A DNA stretch of 64,000 nucleotides from Bdellovibrio sp. (lineage in GTDB: Bacteria; Bdellovibrionota; Bdellovibrionia; Bdellovibrionales; Bdellovibrionaceae), in NCBI GenBank assembly GCA_036676395.1, contig JAKFCY010000002.1:2649132-2713131 (forward strand). The letters run 5' to 3'. The notes below the pieces were generated by a model. It searched no databases. It was not told where the DNA came from and saw nothing but the letters and a program-made list of their open reading frames with translations. Made by a program: the position numbers and the translations under genes. This document shows, one piece after another, positions 9,699 through 18,155 of this stretch (position 1 is its first letter; each line of letters starts with the position of its first letter).

Positions 9699-10288
9699 GA
9701 ACTCCACAGCTTCTGCCAGTGTACGACCGAAAGCCCACGTAAACGCATTTTCTGATAGGGAATAACTCCCGTGGCTTCTTTTTCATTAAGCTGAATATAA
9801 TTTCTTAATATCACATACCCACGCCACCCATGCACAACCCGGGTAAACGGCCGAAACAACCACAACTTCATCACCCGCTTTGCCGTTACTCCACGCTTCT
9901 CTGCTGGGGTATCGGTCACTTCGCGCAGTAGATTCTCTTTTTGCAGTTCTTGGGCGATTTGCCCTGCCACAACCCGCATAAAATAATGCGACATCGCCCT
10001 TCGTGGAACCCTAATGTTGAGATGAATATGATCGAAGTTAATCGAACACTGATCAATTTTGATAAAGAACCGTTTTGCATAACGATCAATAATACGCCGA
10101 ACTATTTTATACGACCGCGGAGATCGAAAATTCAGTTTCAGTGCTTTTTTATCGGCCTTAAAGACGACGTGATGAGGTTTTCGGGTTGAAAGCGGACGAA
10201 ACTTTCTGCCTTTACGTAGCTGGCGAAGGCTGCCACCGTGACTGTGTTTTAAGTTATATTTCTTAAGTGCGTGATTGATGTGACCCAT
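9695..10288 (-). mobile_element. REP-associated tyrosine transposase (RAYT)-like HUH/Y1 nuclease, 197 aa
   Basis: HUH motif NFDHIHL, LWLFRPFTRVV, and catalytic-Tyr motif YIQLN (YI..N as in RAYTs, versus YI..Q in IS200 TnpA). Surrounded by short repeats; no tnpB. Confidence 0.8.
9906..9919 (-). repeat. 14-bp motif copy 2, in-frame inside the HUH gene (encodes VTDTP)
   Basis: Exact GGGGTATCGGTCAC; degenerate inverted partner CCGTTACTCCA at 9883-9893. Confidence 0.85.
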
Positions 10289-10293
10289 ACCCC
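10280..10293 (+). repeat. 14-bp motif copy 3 (1 mismatch); contains the HUH gene start codon
   Basis: GTGACCCATACCCC; the single mismatch creates CAT, i.e. ATG on the minus strand. Confidence 0.75.
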
Positions 10294-10390
10294 AGGGCGG
10301 TGTTCAAGAAGTGGCGCTGGGTGAAAACTGATTCTATGGCAGGTAGAGCGATCGAAGATACGGGTATCGAATGTGCTGGTCCGAAAAAAC

Positions 10391-10425
10391 AAAAAGCCTA
10401 CGTTTCGTAAACGTAGGCTTTTTTT
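10391..10425. terminator. Intrinsic terminator-like hairpin (probably bidirectional)
   Basis: AAAAAGCCTACGTTT-cgt-AAACGTAGGCTTTTT perfect stem with A/T tails, downstream of the 10479-12515 gene. Confidence 0.85.
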
Positions 10426-10426
10426 G

Positions 10427-10440
10427 GTGACCGATACCCC
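10427..10440 (+). repeat. 14-bp motif copy 4
   Basis: Exact GTGACCGATACCCC abutting the terminator. Confidence 0.85.
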
Positions 10441-10478
10441 CAACACAACAACGACGTGGGGCTATGAGTTCCTTAAAA

Positions 10479-12515
10479 CTATTTTAAGTAAATATCTGTG
10501 TACGTCGTGTAAGTCGGACGTACCTTGGCAGAAATGTTTCTTGGGGCTAAACCCGGAAACTTCAACGCCATTCTAACCGGAATACCATCGTTTAACTGCG
10601 CGCGAGCCTGTTGGTTATTCGAATCTTTTGCCCATGCACGGCCTAAGTAGAACAATCTGATCACACGTGAATCAGCGTATTCTTTAACGATCGCGTATGA
10701 GTTTAACACTTCTCTTGAACGGTTAATTTGATTCGCATAAAGATCACCTGGATTATCCAAACGATTTTCTAAACGCGCCTTATCGTTACCTGTGTGCTTA
10801 GCAGTATTGTAACCGAAAGTAATGTTTTTCAAGATTTTTTCAGGAGATGACAAATCACCCGTGTACGATTTTGGTAATCTGATGTTCATCACTAATGCAT
10901 AAGAACCTAATTCATAACGAAGTTTTTCGTTTTCGTTATAACGATCAGAATCTAATTCTACGTTAAAATACTTATTCACTAAACGTTGGTTACAAGCGAT
11001 GCGGCCTGCTTCACAGTTCGTTAACGTCTCGATCACATGTTTAAAGTTTGGATGTTTACACGTTTCAGGAGCAGCGCACTCTTTATTCATGATCACAACA
11101 TCTACGCCAATTGATTTATCAAAGCTGTTGATCCCTTTTGCTAAAGCATCACCCACCGGAGCTAAAACTCCTGATAAACCATCGATTGCTGGCAACACTG
11201 TCGCATGCATGTTTTCAACAAAGATTTCGCGCGAAGGAATGTTTAAAGTACGTTGTAAATCAGCTGTGTTTACATAGCTAGTTTCTGCAACTGGTTTAGA
11301 TTCGTTACCTGGATTTTCTACATAGTATAAGAAATCTGCTGTAGCACCCGGGCTAAATACCGGACCATCTGTTTCGCGGCGTTTATGGCCAGAAAAAATA
11401 GTTACGAATTGTTCGTTAATTTTTCTTAAATTTTCAGATTGAAAACCCGTACAAGTAAGACCCGCATCAGTTTTACCTAAGCACGGAAAAACACCCACGA
11501 TGCTTGTCCAACGCGTGCGGTATTTTGTGCGGTATTGATCTAACATCAAATGAGAAATACGGTTTACACGCATTTCATTAATCACATCTGAAGTTAAACG
11601 CATATGATTCATTTCGCTAGGGTTAATGTTACCCACTGATTTCATCACTTTAGTTAAACCTGTCATCGCCAAACCAGGAACATTGTTAACATTTTTTACT
11701 ATGATGTTATTTGCAATCGCATTCACTGAAGCACAAGAAGCGATTAGACCATTTTTAACTGCGCGGTCATTCATTTCTTTTTGTGTGTAAACTTTATTTG
11801 GATCACCGAATAATTTTTCTTTAGCGCCAGTATATAAGTTAGATAAAAAACCTTTTCCTTCAGTGATGCTTTCAATCGACGGATCATCACAAAGCGCTTT
11901 GGCTTTAGGTAATAATTTATGAATTTCGGCTAAGTTACCTTTTTCAAGAAAAGACCAACCAAGTTCAGCATCTATAGAACCCCAGTAAACCGGGCCAAGA
12001 CCGACTATATTTTCAACGCGGGCTACATAGCTTTGAACTTTTTCTGCATCTTCAGCGTTGTACGCCATCGACGGATGGAATTTAAAGTTGAACATTGAAT
12101 CGTAGTACCAAGTCATCACCATTTGCCCACCCATTGAGTAAGCTAAAATAGAGATTTTGTCTTCTGGCCCTAGTTCAGGAATAAGCGGCTTAGCGCTGCC
12201 ATTACCTAAAATAAAATCTTTATTGAATTTATCAGCGATTAAATGCGGTTCCCAGTTAATTCCGGTTTTAGCATCATTAACTGCAGCACCTACCGGATAT
12301 GTCCAATTGAATAATTCATATTCGTAGGCCGGATCGATCTCTTTCAGAGTTTTTCCGACAAACGTGTGAAACTCACCGTAAGATTCTGCATTACCACGCA
12401 CGCCGTGCATTGTGATGATGTAATGTTTTTTAGTCGTAGAACTTGGTGAACGTAATCCCAAGTATGAACACGACGAGATGAATGCAACCAGCATTAGCGA
12501 TAGCAATAACTTCAT
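10479..12515 (-). CDS. Secreted lipoprotein with alpha/beta-hydrolase-like N-terminal motifs
   Basis: Lipobox ISSC; ITMHGVRG, nucleophile-elbow-like AYSMGG, LGPVYWGS and ETDGPV; 678 aa. Confidence 0.6.
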   Translation of the reverse strand: MKLLLSLMLVAFISSCSYLGLRSPSSTTKKHYIITMHGVRGNAESYGEFHTFVGKTLKEIDPAYEYELFNWTYPVGAAVNDAKTGINWEPHLIADKFNKDFILGNGSAKPLIPELGPEDKISILAYSMGGQMVMTWYYDSMFNFKFHPSMAYNAEDAEKVQSYVARVENIVGLGPVYWGSIDAELGWSFLEKGNLAEIHKLLPKAKALCDDPSIESITEGKGFLSNLYTGAKEKLFGDPNKVYTQKEMNDRAVKNGLIASCASVNAIANNIIVKNVNNVPGLAMTGLTKVMKSVGNINPSEMNHMRLTSDVINEMRVNRISHLMLDQYRTKYRTRWTSIVGVFPCLGKTDAGLTCTGFQSENLRKINEQFVTIFSGHKRRETDGPVFSPGATADFLYYVENPGNESKPVAETSYVNTADLQRTLNIPSREIFVENMHATVLPAIDGLSGVLAPVGDALAKGINSFDKSIGVDVVIMNKECAAPETCKHPNFKHVIETLTNCEAGRIACNQRLVNKYFNVELDSDRYNENEKLRYELGSYALVMNIRLPKSYTGDLSSPEKILKNITFGYNTAKHTGNDKARLENRLDNPGDLYANQINRSREVLNSYAIVKEYADSRVIRLFYLGRAWAKDSNNQQARAQLNDGIPVRMALKFPGLAPRNISAKVRPTYTTYTDIYLK

Positions 12516-12628
12516 AGTTTCTCCATAGAGTAGAGTGTTTTATTAATAAAAACTTTGCGCGAAAACTAATTCACGCGTCCTTATTCAGTATATGTGTTTA
12601 TGTTTGGATAAAAAGTCCAGAAACGGAA

Positions 12629-12642
12629 GTGACCGATACCCC
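12629..12642 (+). repeat. 14-bp motif copy 5
   Basis: Exact GTGACCGATACCCC; the match to copy 2 extends to 17 bp (GAAGTGACCGATACCCC). Confidence 0.85.
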
Positions 12643-12690
12643 CGAAAGCGGACTCGACTATGGCCTAGCTATAGACACAGCTGACACAGG

Positions 12691-13137
12691 CTATTTTTTG
12701 ATAAATTTTTGTAGATTGGTTTTAAATTCTTCGTTGTCGGCGGCTGGAACGTTTTTGCGGTCCATGGTTACGCGAATTTCTTTTACCGCGCCGGCTGAAA
12801 ATTTTTGATTTACGGTATTTTTTATAGTCTCAGACATAAAATTAATTTGCGTTAACCATGTCGAGTTTTTAACCCACAAAGTTAATACACCCTGATGAAA
12901 TGAAACCGGTTCGCAGTGCTGTGCCGTTGTTGGACCGACGATGTCTTTCCAGTTCATCCAAAGCTTCCAGCGTAAAAACTGATCGGCCATGTGATCAATG
13001 CTGAAATCTTGTTTTTTCCATGACGAACCAGTGGCATCTTTTTTAAAACCTAATGAAGTTTTACCTTGCCCTGAAAGCAAGCTCTGTAGCACTTCTGCGC
13101 TGGTTTTGAATTTTGGTTTACGGTCTCGTTCGCTCAC
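12691..13137 (-). CDS. DUF721/DciA-family protein
   Basis: WKDIVG...HCEPVSFHQGVLTLWVKNSTWLTQINF...IKNTVN pattern. Start uncertain; GTG 13137 chosen. Confidence 0.75.
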   Translation of the reverse strand: MSERDRKPKFKTSAEVLQSLLSGQGKTSLGFKKDATGSSWKKQDFSIDHMADQFLRWKLWMNWKDIVGPTTAQHCEPVSFHQGVLTLWVKNSTWLTQINFMSETIKNTVNQKFSAGAVKEIRVTMDRKNVPAADNEEFKTNLQKFIKK

Positions 13138-13196
13138 ACAAAAACTGTATCCTATCCCCTTGCTTTTTGCGATGGGAAAGCTTAGTTTTCGCAACT

Positions 13197-14588
13197 ATGC
13201 AAAGTGTAGAAAAAAATAGCCTGCTCAACAAAACAATTACCGTGGTCGGTGCTGGCTTAGCGGGCAGCGAATGTGCCCTACAACTAGCCGATCTTGGATA
13301 CAAAGTGGATTTAATCGAAATGAGAGGCGTCAAACAAACTCCCGCTCATAAAACTGACCATTTTGCAGAACTTGTTTGCTCGAATTCTTTTGGCAGCATG
13401 GGAGAAATCTCTGCCCCCGGCCAATTAAAATGGGAAGCCGAAAAATTAAATTCATATATTTTAAAACACGCCAAAGCCGCTTTTGTTCCTGCAGGCCAAG
13501 CGTTAGGAATTGACCGCGAGCGTTTTGCCCAAGCTATCACCGAAGAAGTGGCTAAAAATCCAAACATCACAGTTAAACGTGAAGTTATCACTTCGCTTGA
13601 TCAAATTCCAAGACCTGCCGTTATTGCCACAGGACCCCTAACTGATGAAGCCTTAGCCCAAAGTTTACAAAAACATTTCGGCGATGAGTTTTTATATTTC
13701 TTCGATGCCATCGCACCGATCATCGACGCCGACAGCATCAACACAGACATTGCCTGGAAAGCTAATCGCTACGACAAAGTCGCAGAAACTATCGATGCTT
13801 CTCAAGGTGATTATTACAACTGCCCGATGGACAAAGAACAATACAATGCGTTCATCCAGGCGATCACCGACGCTAAAAAAATTGAACCCAAACATTTTGA
13901 AACTACAGATTTTTTCGAAGGCTGCATGCCAATTGAAACAATGGTCGAACGCGGCCCACAAACACCACGCTTTGGCCCGATGAAACCGGTGGGTTTGGAT
14001 AATCCTAAAACAGGAAAGTACCCGTACGCTGTCGTACAGCTTCGCCAAGACAACAAAGAAGGCACAGCCTATAACATCGTAGGATTTCAAACTCGCATGG
14101 CTTACGGCGAACAAACGCGCGTATTCAGAATGATTCCCGGTTTAGAAAATGCAGAATTTTTAAAACTAGGCAGCATTCATAGAAACATGTTTATCAATTC
14201 GCCAAAAAGATTAAACAAAGATCTTTCAAGTAAAAATGACCCGTTCTTATTTTTCGCAGGGCAAATCACCGGCGTTGAAGGTTATTTCGAATCGACATGC
14301 ATAGGCTTATTAGTAGCTAAGTTCTTAGATCAAAAATTAATGGATCAACAGTTCTCACCACCTCCACGCGCATCAGCACTGGGTTCATTAATGGAAGCCA
14401 TCACAGATAGCTTTCGCATCACTGACTTTCAACCGACGAATATTAATTTTGGCTTACTTCCGCCAATTGATCCAGCAACCTTAGACGAAGAAACACGTAA
14501 ACTAATCAAGACAGACAAAAAATTAAAAAAGACCCTACAAATAAAAAAAGCCCAGGAAGCATTAACCACCTGGGCGAATTTTAACTAA
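13197..14588 (+). CDS. trmFO: Methylenetetrahydrofolate-tRNA (uracil-5-)-methyltransferase TrmFO
   Basis: GAGLAGSECA, AELVCSNS, FFDAIAPI, FEGCMPIE, FGPMKPVGL and FAGQITGVEGY motifs. Confidence 0.97.
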   Translation: MQSVEKNSLLNKTITVVGAGLAGSECALQLADLGYKVDLIEMRGVKQTPAHKTDHFAELVCSNSFGSMGEISAPGQLKWEAEKLNSYILKHAKAAFVPAGQALGIDRERFAQAITEEVAKNPNITVKREVITSLDQIPRPAVIATGPLTDEALAQSLQKHFGDEFLYFFDAIAPIIDADSINTDIAWKANRYDKVAETIDASQGDYYNCPMDKEQYNAFIQAITDAKKIEPKHFETTDFFEGCMPIETMVERGPQTPRFGPMKPVGLDNPKTGKYPYAVVQLRQDNKEGTAYNIVGFQTRMAYGEQTRVFRMIPGLENAEFLKLGSIHRNMFINSPKRLNKDLSSKNDPFLFFAGQITGVEGYFESTCIGLLVAKFLDQKLMDQQFSPPPRASALGSLMEAITDSFRITDFQPTNINFGLLPPIDPATLDEETRKLIKTDKKLKKTLQIKKAQEALTTWANFN

Positions 14589-14605
14589 ATTTTCCCATCC
14601 CTTGA

Positions 14606-14663
14606 TCTGACGGCACGATGCCGTCAGAAGCATCAGCAGGATGCGAGCTCCGATGAAAGAGCT
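14606..14663. repeat. Multi-hairpin REP-like element between convergent genes
   Basis: TCTGACGGCA-cga-TGCCGTCAGA (10-bp stem), then GCATC-agcag-GATGC and AGCTC-N8-GAGCT. Confidence 0.55.
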
Positions 14664-14669
14664 TTGTAA

Positions 14670-17267
14670 TTAAAGAACCTTGAACAAGTCATCGAACGAA
14701 TTCGATAAACCATTCATTTCACGCTCTAACCATTGCTCTTCTGGATTATTTTGCGCACCATGGCCACCACCAACTTGTTCAACTTGGTCGAATTCGCTGC
14801 GAAAGTTTACGATACGGTACGTATCAACAGAAACGCGTTGGCCGATATCGTCGATAGTTTTTAACATCTCAGCGATACGCTCTGGAGTAAAACGAGACTG
14901 ACGGATTTCAGTCGCATTCATCACACCAGATTTATTAGGATCAGCTGCATTATGACAGCTAGATTTTTTATCCCAACGGCAGATCATAGCACCTAAGATC
15001 ATGTTGTTCTCGGCTTTTAACTGAGCGTTTTGCATGAACGCATATTCACGCGTCATGTTTTTAGTTCTTTTTGAATCGCCGATTAAACGATCAATAAACT
15101 GAACATAGTCACGATTAAGATCATGCGCATTTCTGATGAAAACTGCATTGTTTGTATCCATTGCATAAGAACGAGTATCTGCATTTGCAGAACCGATAAT
15201 CATATCATCACCAAGTAATGATAATTTAGTATGTAAAGAAACACCTAAACCAGCACCTTCAGCATTGTATTCAAAGTAATCTAAAGTAGGAAAGAAACGA
15301 CGTTCTTTGTTTTTCTTAACGTACTCTTGCAGACCAGCATAACGGCTAAATAATTGGTTCATTTGGTAACGTGAGAAAATGTTGATTACATTTAAATCTG
15401 TTGTCGCAAATGAGTTTGTTAATAACGTTACACGTACGCGCGAACAATCACCGTAGTCACCGTTAAGCATCTTGGCAATCTTGTGGATTAAACCAGATGG
15501 CATAAATAAGTAAGCCGTGTGCAATACAACGCGTACATCTTTATTTTGTTTTTTGCTTGTGTAACATGCGTTTTCTAAACCACGGTACCACAAGGCATGG
15601 ATGTTTTTATTATAGAATTTTTCGCCACCGATTCTTGAACCAGCACGACGAACGATATCTTCATCTTTTTTAGCTTTTACATTAAACGAAGTGTTCTCTA
15701 CGTAATAAACTTCTGAAGAACGTAAGTCATTTGTAGATAAGTTACCAACGTTTGCAGACCAAGCCGCACCTTTAACATTATCACGCATAACTTTTTTACC
15801 GTTACGAGCGTAATTATTAGTGTAGTTAGTCACTGATTCTTCTAAAGCCTGTTTTGCTGCAGCTACACGAGTCGCTGAAGAAACATATTTAGCTGATGAA
15901 CGCATTGCTGATTTAACACAGTTTTCTACGCTCATAGTTAATTTGCCAGCTTGTGCCTGAGCCATACAGCCCATTGCGGCTTCACCTAAAGCTTCATTAT
16001 TCATAATTAGATCAGCAGGGATTACACGTTGAACTTCAGATAATGGAGCAACCATTTCGCGAAAGTTAAAAGTTCTATCGTATGATTTTTCAATCGCTGC
16101 GATTCCGCCCGGAGCCGTTTGCCCGCGGAAGTCAGTATCCATGAAAATATATTTGCCTTTTGCTTTTTCGCCGGCTTTTGGCGGAACGCGAGATTTCATG
16201 TGGTAAGAATCTTCTACGTTACGGCCACCTAATTGAAATTCACGGCCATCGACAGCTACTAACTTATGATGTGTGTAATCTGTTAAGTGATCCCACTCTT
16301 GCGCGTGAGTTGTTTTTTTACCAGGTAATGTTTCGCGCTCAGAGGCTAACGGAATACGACCAGATAATTCATTCACGATTGGATTTAATTCTTCACCGTA
16401 CATGAACATAGCGATTGTTAATTTGATCATCGCGCCGATGTTACCTTTAACTTTAGCTTCGTAGTAAAGTTTTAAGAATTCCATCATACGGGCCATGTCT
16501 TCTTCAGAAGTCTCAGCACCGCTGGCTTTTAACTTAGCCGGGTCAATTTGACCGCCAAGGCCTAAAGCAATTTTCATCGCTGTTGCATTTTTGCTGTATA
16601 GACCTGCTAAAAATAAACTAGAAAAGAACGTTGGATTGTTCGGATTCAAAGTTTTCATCGTAGCTTCTTTAGAACGTTTACAAGTGTCTGAATCTGGCTT
16701 AGCTACTGCCGGACACGGTAAAGTCATATAGACTGCATCTTGCTGGATGCGGATCGATGGAAAGTTGTAGAAACGGATGTCGATGTTTCCACGGCCTTCT
16801 TGCGCCATCATTTGAAAAAAGTCTACTCTGCCGTAGCTTGTGATAAAATCTACTAATAGGCTAACTTTTACGTTTCTTTGAGTAGCCGCTTTAATTAATT
16901 CTGAAGTGATGATTGAAGATGAATCATCATCAGCATAAATAAAGTAAGACATACGGATCGAACGCGTCGCTGATCTGATCATGTTAACTTTAGAATCAAA
17001 TGAGGCATCGTTATCGATTAAAATTTCGCCTTCAGTTAAAGCTAATTTTCCTGAAGTAGCACGTTTTGCCACTGTCTCAGAATCAAGCTCACGTGCACGT
17101 GTGTTGCCGCTGAAATCTTCAGTTTTAGTTCTGAATAGATCTGCGATGTCACTCCAGAAATCACTGGCAACTTCGCGATCAGGTCCTTTTTGTGCTGATA
17201 TACAAGATACAACACCCAACGAAAGAGCTAGCGATAAACTGGCTAGCACTACAAACTTCTTGTTCAT
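14670..17267 (-). CDS. Phospholipase D-family lipoprotein (two HKD motifs)
   Basis: Lipobox VVSC; HHKLVAVD..GGRN and HTKLSLLGD..IGSANADTRS; large insertions. Confidence 0.85.
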   Translation of the reverse strand: MNKKFVVLASLSLALSLGVVSCISAQKGPDREVASDFWSDIADLFRTKTEDFSGNTRARELDSETVAKRATSGKLALTEGEILIDNDASFDSKVNMIRSATRSIRMSYFIYADDDSSSIITSELIKAATQRNVKVSLLVDFITSYGRVDFFQMMAQEGRGNIDIRFYNFPSIRIQQDAVYMTLPCPAVAKPDSDTCKRSKEATMKTLNPNNPTFFSSLFLAGLYSKNATAMKIALGLGGQIDPAKLKASGAETSEEDMARMMEFLKLYYEAKVKGNIGAMIKLTIAMFMYGEELNPIVNELSGRIPLASERETLPGKKTTHAQEWDHLTDYTHHKLVAVDGREFQLGGRNVEDSYHMKSRVPPKAGEKAKGKYIFMDTDFRGQTAPGGIAAIEKSYDRTFNFREMVAPLSEVQRVIPADLIMNNEALGEAAMGCMAQAQAGKLTMSVENCVKSAMRSSAKYVSSATRVAAAKQALEESVTNYTNNYARNGKKVMRDNVKGAAWSANVGNLSTNDLRSSEVYYVENTSFNVKAKKDEDIVRRAGSRIGGEKFYNKNIHALWYRGLENACYTSKKQNKDVRVVLHTAYLFMPSGLIHKIAKMLNGDYGDCSRVRVTLLTNSFATTDLNVINIFSRYQMNQLFSRYAGLQEYVKKNKERRFFPTLDYFEYNAEGAGLGVSLHTKLSLLGDDMIIGSANADTRSYAMDTNNAVFIRNAHDLNRDYVQFIDRLIGDSKRTKNMTREYAFMQNAQLKAENNMILGAMICRWDKKSSCHNAADPNKSGVMNATEIRQSRFTPERIAEMLKTIDDIGQRVSVDTYRIVNFRSEFDQVEQVGGGHGAQNNPEEQWLEREMNGLSNSFDDLFKVL

Positions 17268-17350
17268 AATAAAAATCCCCTTGTCTTATAAAATAATAAG
17301 CAGACTTTTTTATTCTAGAACAACGTTTGAATGTTTAAAGACAATTTCTT

Positions 17351-17959
17351 TTAACCAAGCCCAATGTCTGTTCCAAAGCTAGACTTTGGTATGACTACAG
17401 TTGTGTCAGCACAGATTAACACTGGACTAAAGTGTTGGCGACAACGCGCCTCGTAGTTATCTTGCGAACCAATTTCAATTTGCGAAGAGCTTCCGCGAAG
17501 TTTTTGCGTGTATGAAGCAAGGCTTCCGCAAACTGTACAAATTGCTCTTGGCTTAGAGACATCTTCAGCAATGGCCATAAGAGTTGGAATTGGTTCAAAA
17601 GGCTGACCCTTCCAATCCATATCAAGGCCCGCAATAATCACGCGTAAGCCGCGCGCTGCAAGGTCTTTAGCAATAGCGATGAAATCCTGAGATAAAAATT
17701 GGCCCTCGTCGAAACCTACAACTTGCGTATCTGCATGCAGGTGATCCCACACATCGTGAATCGATTTTAACGGGATCGCATTCATTTGATTTTGATCATG
17801 CGAAGAAACATTGGTTTCATGATAACGGTTATCTAAAGCAGGTTTAAACACTTGAGTTTTTTGTTTGGCGAATTGCGCGCGACGAACACGTTTAATTAAC
17901 TCTTCTGTTTTTCCGCTGTACATAGAACCCGCGATAACTTCAATCCAACCTAATTGCAT
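17351..17959 (-). CDS. tdk: Thymidine kinase
   Basis: GSMYSGKTEELI, FDEGQF, AGLDMDWKGQPF, CTVC and YEARCR motifs. Start ATG 17959 has a GAGGGG RBS. Confidence 0.95.
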   Translation of the reverse strand: MQLGWIEVIAGSMYSGKTEELIKRVRRAQFAKQKTQVFKPALDNRYHETNVSSHDQNQMNAIPLKSIHDVWDHLHADTQVVGFDEGQFLSQDFIAIAKDLAARGLRVIIAGLDMDWKGQPFEPIPTLMAIAEDVSKPRAICTVCGSLASYTQKLRGSSSQIEIGSQDNYEARCRQHFSPVLICADTTVVIPKSSFGTDIGLG

Positions 17960-17971
17960 AGTATTCCCCTC

Positions 17972-17984
17972 GTGACCGATACCC
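17972..17984 (+). repeat. 14-bp motif copy 6 (13/14), abutting the tdk RBS
   Basis: TCGTGACCGATACCC matches copy 1 over 15 bp; intergenic. Confidence 0.7.
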
Positions 17985-18155
17985 AAATTCTCACAGGTAA
18001 TTTTCGAAGTTTCCAGAAGGAAATTTTTGCACGATGTGTCTGAAAATCGGTGAAAAGGCCTATAGGCTACTTGAGTGCCAATATAAGTAACATTTGTATT
18101 TTGTAATTTTTCAGCGTGCCTATCGAGACAGAATTGGTCTAAAAACTGCCTATTA

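Noticed and set aside
9695..10288. IS200/IS605 element with TnpB or omega-RNA
   Set aside because: No tnpB/iscB ORF is adjacent, and the Tyr motif is YI..N rather than YI..Q.
9685..12642. Repeat copies as a CRISPR-like array
   Set aside because: Repeats are too short, irregularly spaced and mixed in orientation; no cas genes.
14600..14665. Hammerhead ribozyme
   Set aside because: The CUGAUGA/GAAA core is not present in the correct arrangement on either strand.
9685..17984. The 14-bp motif as a sigma28 -10 box (it contains CCGATA)
   Set aside because: Copies occur inside and at the end of genes, in both orientations, without a consistent -35 box.
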